The notes below the pieces were generated by a model. The model did not search any database, had not been told where the DNA came from, and was given only the letters and a program-made list of their open reading frames with translations. A DNA stretch of 64,000 nt from Gloeobacterales cyanobacterium (lineage in GTDB: Bacteria; Cyanobacteriota; Cyanobacteriia; Gloeobacterales; PMM-0068), in NCBI GenBank assembly GCA_038245785.1, contig JBBRSB010000004.1, positions 96,001-160,000 of the forward strand. Reading direction: 5' to 3'. Positions 62,107-64,000 of this stretch are shown here, piece by piece. A program made the position numbers and the translations under genes. The first letter of the stretch is position 1, and every line of letters begins with the position of its first letter.

Positions 62107-62793
62107 TCAAGAAGTAACAGAAAGCTGAGCAACCATTTGCGCACGAGACGAAACTTCAAGCTTACGGAACATTCGCTTCAAAGCCTGCTTCACAGAATTC
62201 TCAGTAATCCAAAGTTCAGTCCCGATTTCTGCGTTAGTTTGTCCCGAAGCAACCAATTTGGCAATTTGCAATTCGCGAGGCGTTAAACGTTCGGCTTTGC
62301 CATCCCAACGGGAATCGGTTTTGAGCGGTTGGTGCAGTGAGCGCACTGCGGCAACCCAAGCAGACAGGTGCAAGCAGACCGCACTCAAATCGGCTAGATT
62401 TTCGGTATCAAAGGCAGTCATTGATTGTTCGCGGGTGCAACCTACTACCCCCACTAGTTGACCGCAACTGACGATCGGCCCCGCCATCACATGCCAATGA
62501 TCCGGACGAGGACAGATGATGGTCCAAGCCTTTGGAGACGTTACTAATCCTTCGTGGACAGGAGCATGGCGTTCCACTAAATAACGCACCACAGGATTAT
62601 GTTCAACTGATAGTCCAACTTTCAGGATTTTCTGTAAATTGCTATCTGCTAAGGGAAGCTGGTCGAAGAAAAAGATTCCTGCTCGTTTCGCTGCAAAATA
62701 ATCGCCAATTCTCGGCACGAGTTGCGCTCGCAGGTCTTGGTCATCCTTGACCTGATTGATCGCTTCAAATAAAAACTGCAGAGAACTTGTCAT
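62107..62793 (-). CDS. GAF-LuxR transcriptional regulator
   Basis: CPRPDHWHVMAGPIV; LTPRELQIA..G.TNAEIG.ELWITENSVKQALKRMFRKL. Confidence 0.88.
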   Translation of the reverse strand: MTSSLQFLFEAINQVKDDQDLRAQLVPRIGDYFAAKRAGIFFFDQLPLADSNLQKILKVGLSVEHNPVVRYLVERHAPVHEGLVTSPKAWTIICPRPDHWHVMAGPIVSCGQLVGVVGCTREQSMTAFDTENLADLSAVCLHLSAWVAAVRSLHQPLKTDSRWDGKAERLTPRELQIAKLVASGQTNAEIGTELWITENSVKQALKRMFRKLEVSSRAQMVAQLSVTS

Positions 62794-62891
62794 GTTTGCG
62801 ATGGTGAAAAGTGTACTCGATCGAGGACTAGGCGTGGCTAAGGAAAGCGCTTTATCTTAGCTTTATCGACGTTACCAAGGAGAACCTCGAC

Positions 62892-63323
62892 ATGGCAATA
62901 AGTTCTAGTTCTGACCAAGTGAAACCATCTGGTCACCAAATTTATATTGGATTTTATATTTTAGCAGTGCTTTTTAATCTTTGTCTGGTTGCCCAAGTAT
63001 TAACCGTCGGACTGGCGTATTTCTACAGTGCTGAATGGTGGAATGTACATGTTTGGTTGGTCCGTGGGTACGGTGGGCTATCGCTCATCTTGACCATATG
63101 GGCGTATTTCAGTCTGTTGCCGCGTCGGGTGCGGAGCCTTGCAAGCAGTCTACCTGTCCTGCTTGGACTACAATTTTCCGTCATTCATCTAAAGACTCCT
63201 TTTCACCTAGAGGTACTGCATCCTCTGATTGGATTTGCGTTGCTCTCTGTTTCTTCAAGCCTTGTACATCGTGTATGGCGTATTTTATCGCCCGCTAACC
63301 ATCAAATTGAATCAAAATCATAG
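62892..63323 (+). CDS. Membrane protein (DUF6220-like)
   Basis: Four TMs with His residues (WWNVH, LHP). Confidence 0.7.
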   Translation: MAISSSSDQVKPSGHQIYIGFYILAVLFNLCLVAQVLTVGLAYFYSAEWWNVHVWLVRGYGGLSLILTIWAYFSLLPRRVRSLASSLPVLLGLQFSVIHLKTPFHLEVLHPLIGFALLSVSSSLVHRVWRILSPANHQIESKS

Positions 63324-63341
63324 ACAGGAAGGTAGAAAACT

Positions 63342-63776
63342 ATGAATCCACAAGTCAGCCTCACTTTTACTCAAGTGCTTGCGCCGCTGGTCATCGCAGT
63401 GCTGTTCATTGCCGCCTGCTCACTTCTGAAAGAGCCAGCCCGGCAAAATTTCAGTGCCATTATGATCGCTGGGGCAGGAGCCGCGTATCTGAACGGAGGC
63501 CTAGGGGTATGGGAGTTCGCCTTCTGCACCCTCATGACGTTCGTGGCGTATCGCGGACTCAGCGACTACCGTTTCGTCGGTCTGGGTTGGCTTTTGCACA
63601 CCGCATGGGACGTGATGCATCACCTCTATGGCAACCCAATCGTTCCTTTCGTTCCGGGCTCTTCGGCTGGGTGCGCGATTTGCGATTCCGCCCTCGCTTT
63701 GTGGTATTTCCTCGGTGCCCCGTCCGTTTACTCCTGGCTTGAAAATCTCCCTTCTGAGGAGCCTGAGACGAAGTAG
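63342..63776 (+). CDS. Membrane protein (DUF6010-like)
   Basis: AGAGAAYLNGG, GWLLHTAWDVMHH, GCAICD. Confidence 0.72.
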   Translation: MNPQVSLTFTQVLAPLVIAVLFIAACSLLKEPARQNFSAIMIAGAGAAYLNGGLGVWEFAFCTLMTFVAYRGLSDYRFVGLGWLLHTAWDVMHHLYGNPIVPFVPGSSAGCAICDSALALWYFLGAPSVYSWLENLPSEEPETK

Positions 63777-63798
63777 GGTTCTGCGTAGCAATCAGCCA

Positions 63799-64000
63799 CT
63801 AATCCCGAACAGAATGCTCAACCACCAACGCTGCAAGATAGTCAGGCGCGGGGCTGAATGACTGCATAAACCAACCGGGCAGCGCCTCTGTAAGCCCCCA
63901 TCTACTTTCGGTGTAGACAATTTCGACCTGATTCAGCGGGTGACTGAGACCTTTACCCGTCGCTTTAAGGTAAGCTTCTTTGCCAGTCCACAGCCGAAAA
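63799..64000 (-). CDS. Sfp/HetI-type 4'-phosphopantetheinyl transferase (3' end, partial)
   Basis: Hand translation FRLWTGKEAYLKATGKGL...PDYLAAL. Confidence 0.85.
   Translation of the reverse strand, partial: FRLWTGKEAYLKATGKGLSHPLNQVEIVYTESRWGLTEALPGWFMQSFSPAPDYLAALVVEHSVRD

Noticed and set aside
1..64000. CRISPR arrays, tRNA/rRNA, prophage; the many short antisense ORFs in the track
   Set aside because: No repeat-spacer arrays, cloverleafs or phage genes seen; the short ORFs are shadows of well-supported genes

Overview
64-kb chromosomal window of a cyanobacterium (psbX, ftrV, glpX FBP/SBPase, Tic22, cyanobacterial-type RpoB). It is probably an early-branching, Gloeobacterales-like lineage (inference: rpoB is not followed by rpoC1, and HIP1 GCGATCGC is nearly absent by eye). 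Housekeeping genes (bioF, recJ, hemF/E/B, rpoB, uvrC, tatD, queE, glpX, ispE, sppA, galE, prmA, rsmE) are interleaved with small accessory inserts. These are a SmaI-like Type II R-M system with an unknown small partner gene and attC-like borders, a decayed IS3 abutting a PNP-domain gene remnant, five toxin-antitoxin loci (toxin disabled or missing in four), and a TetR-devBCA operon with one nonsense codon in each dev gene. Most notable: a TetR regulator fused to a catalytically degenerate tyrosine-recombinase-fold domain, divergent from a delta-9 desaturase with paired palindromic operators; 21-24 nt double-hairpin micro-insertions in or between genes; and small genes missed by the ORF track (psbX and a 46-aa membrane protein). 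No rRNA, tRNA or CRISPR array was seen. All family assignments come from recalled motifs, not database searches.
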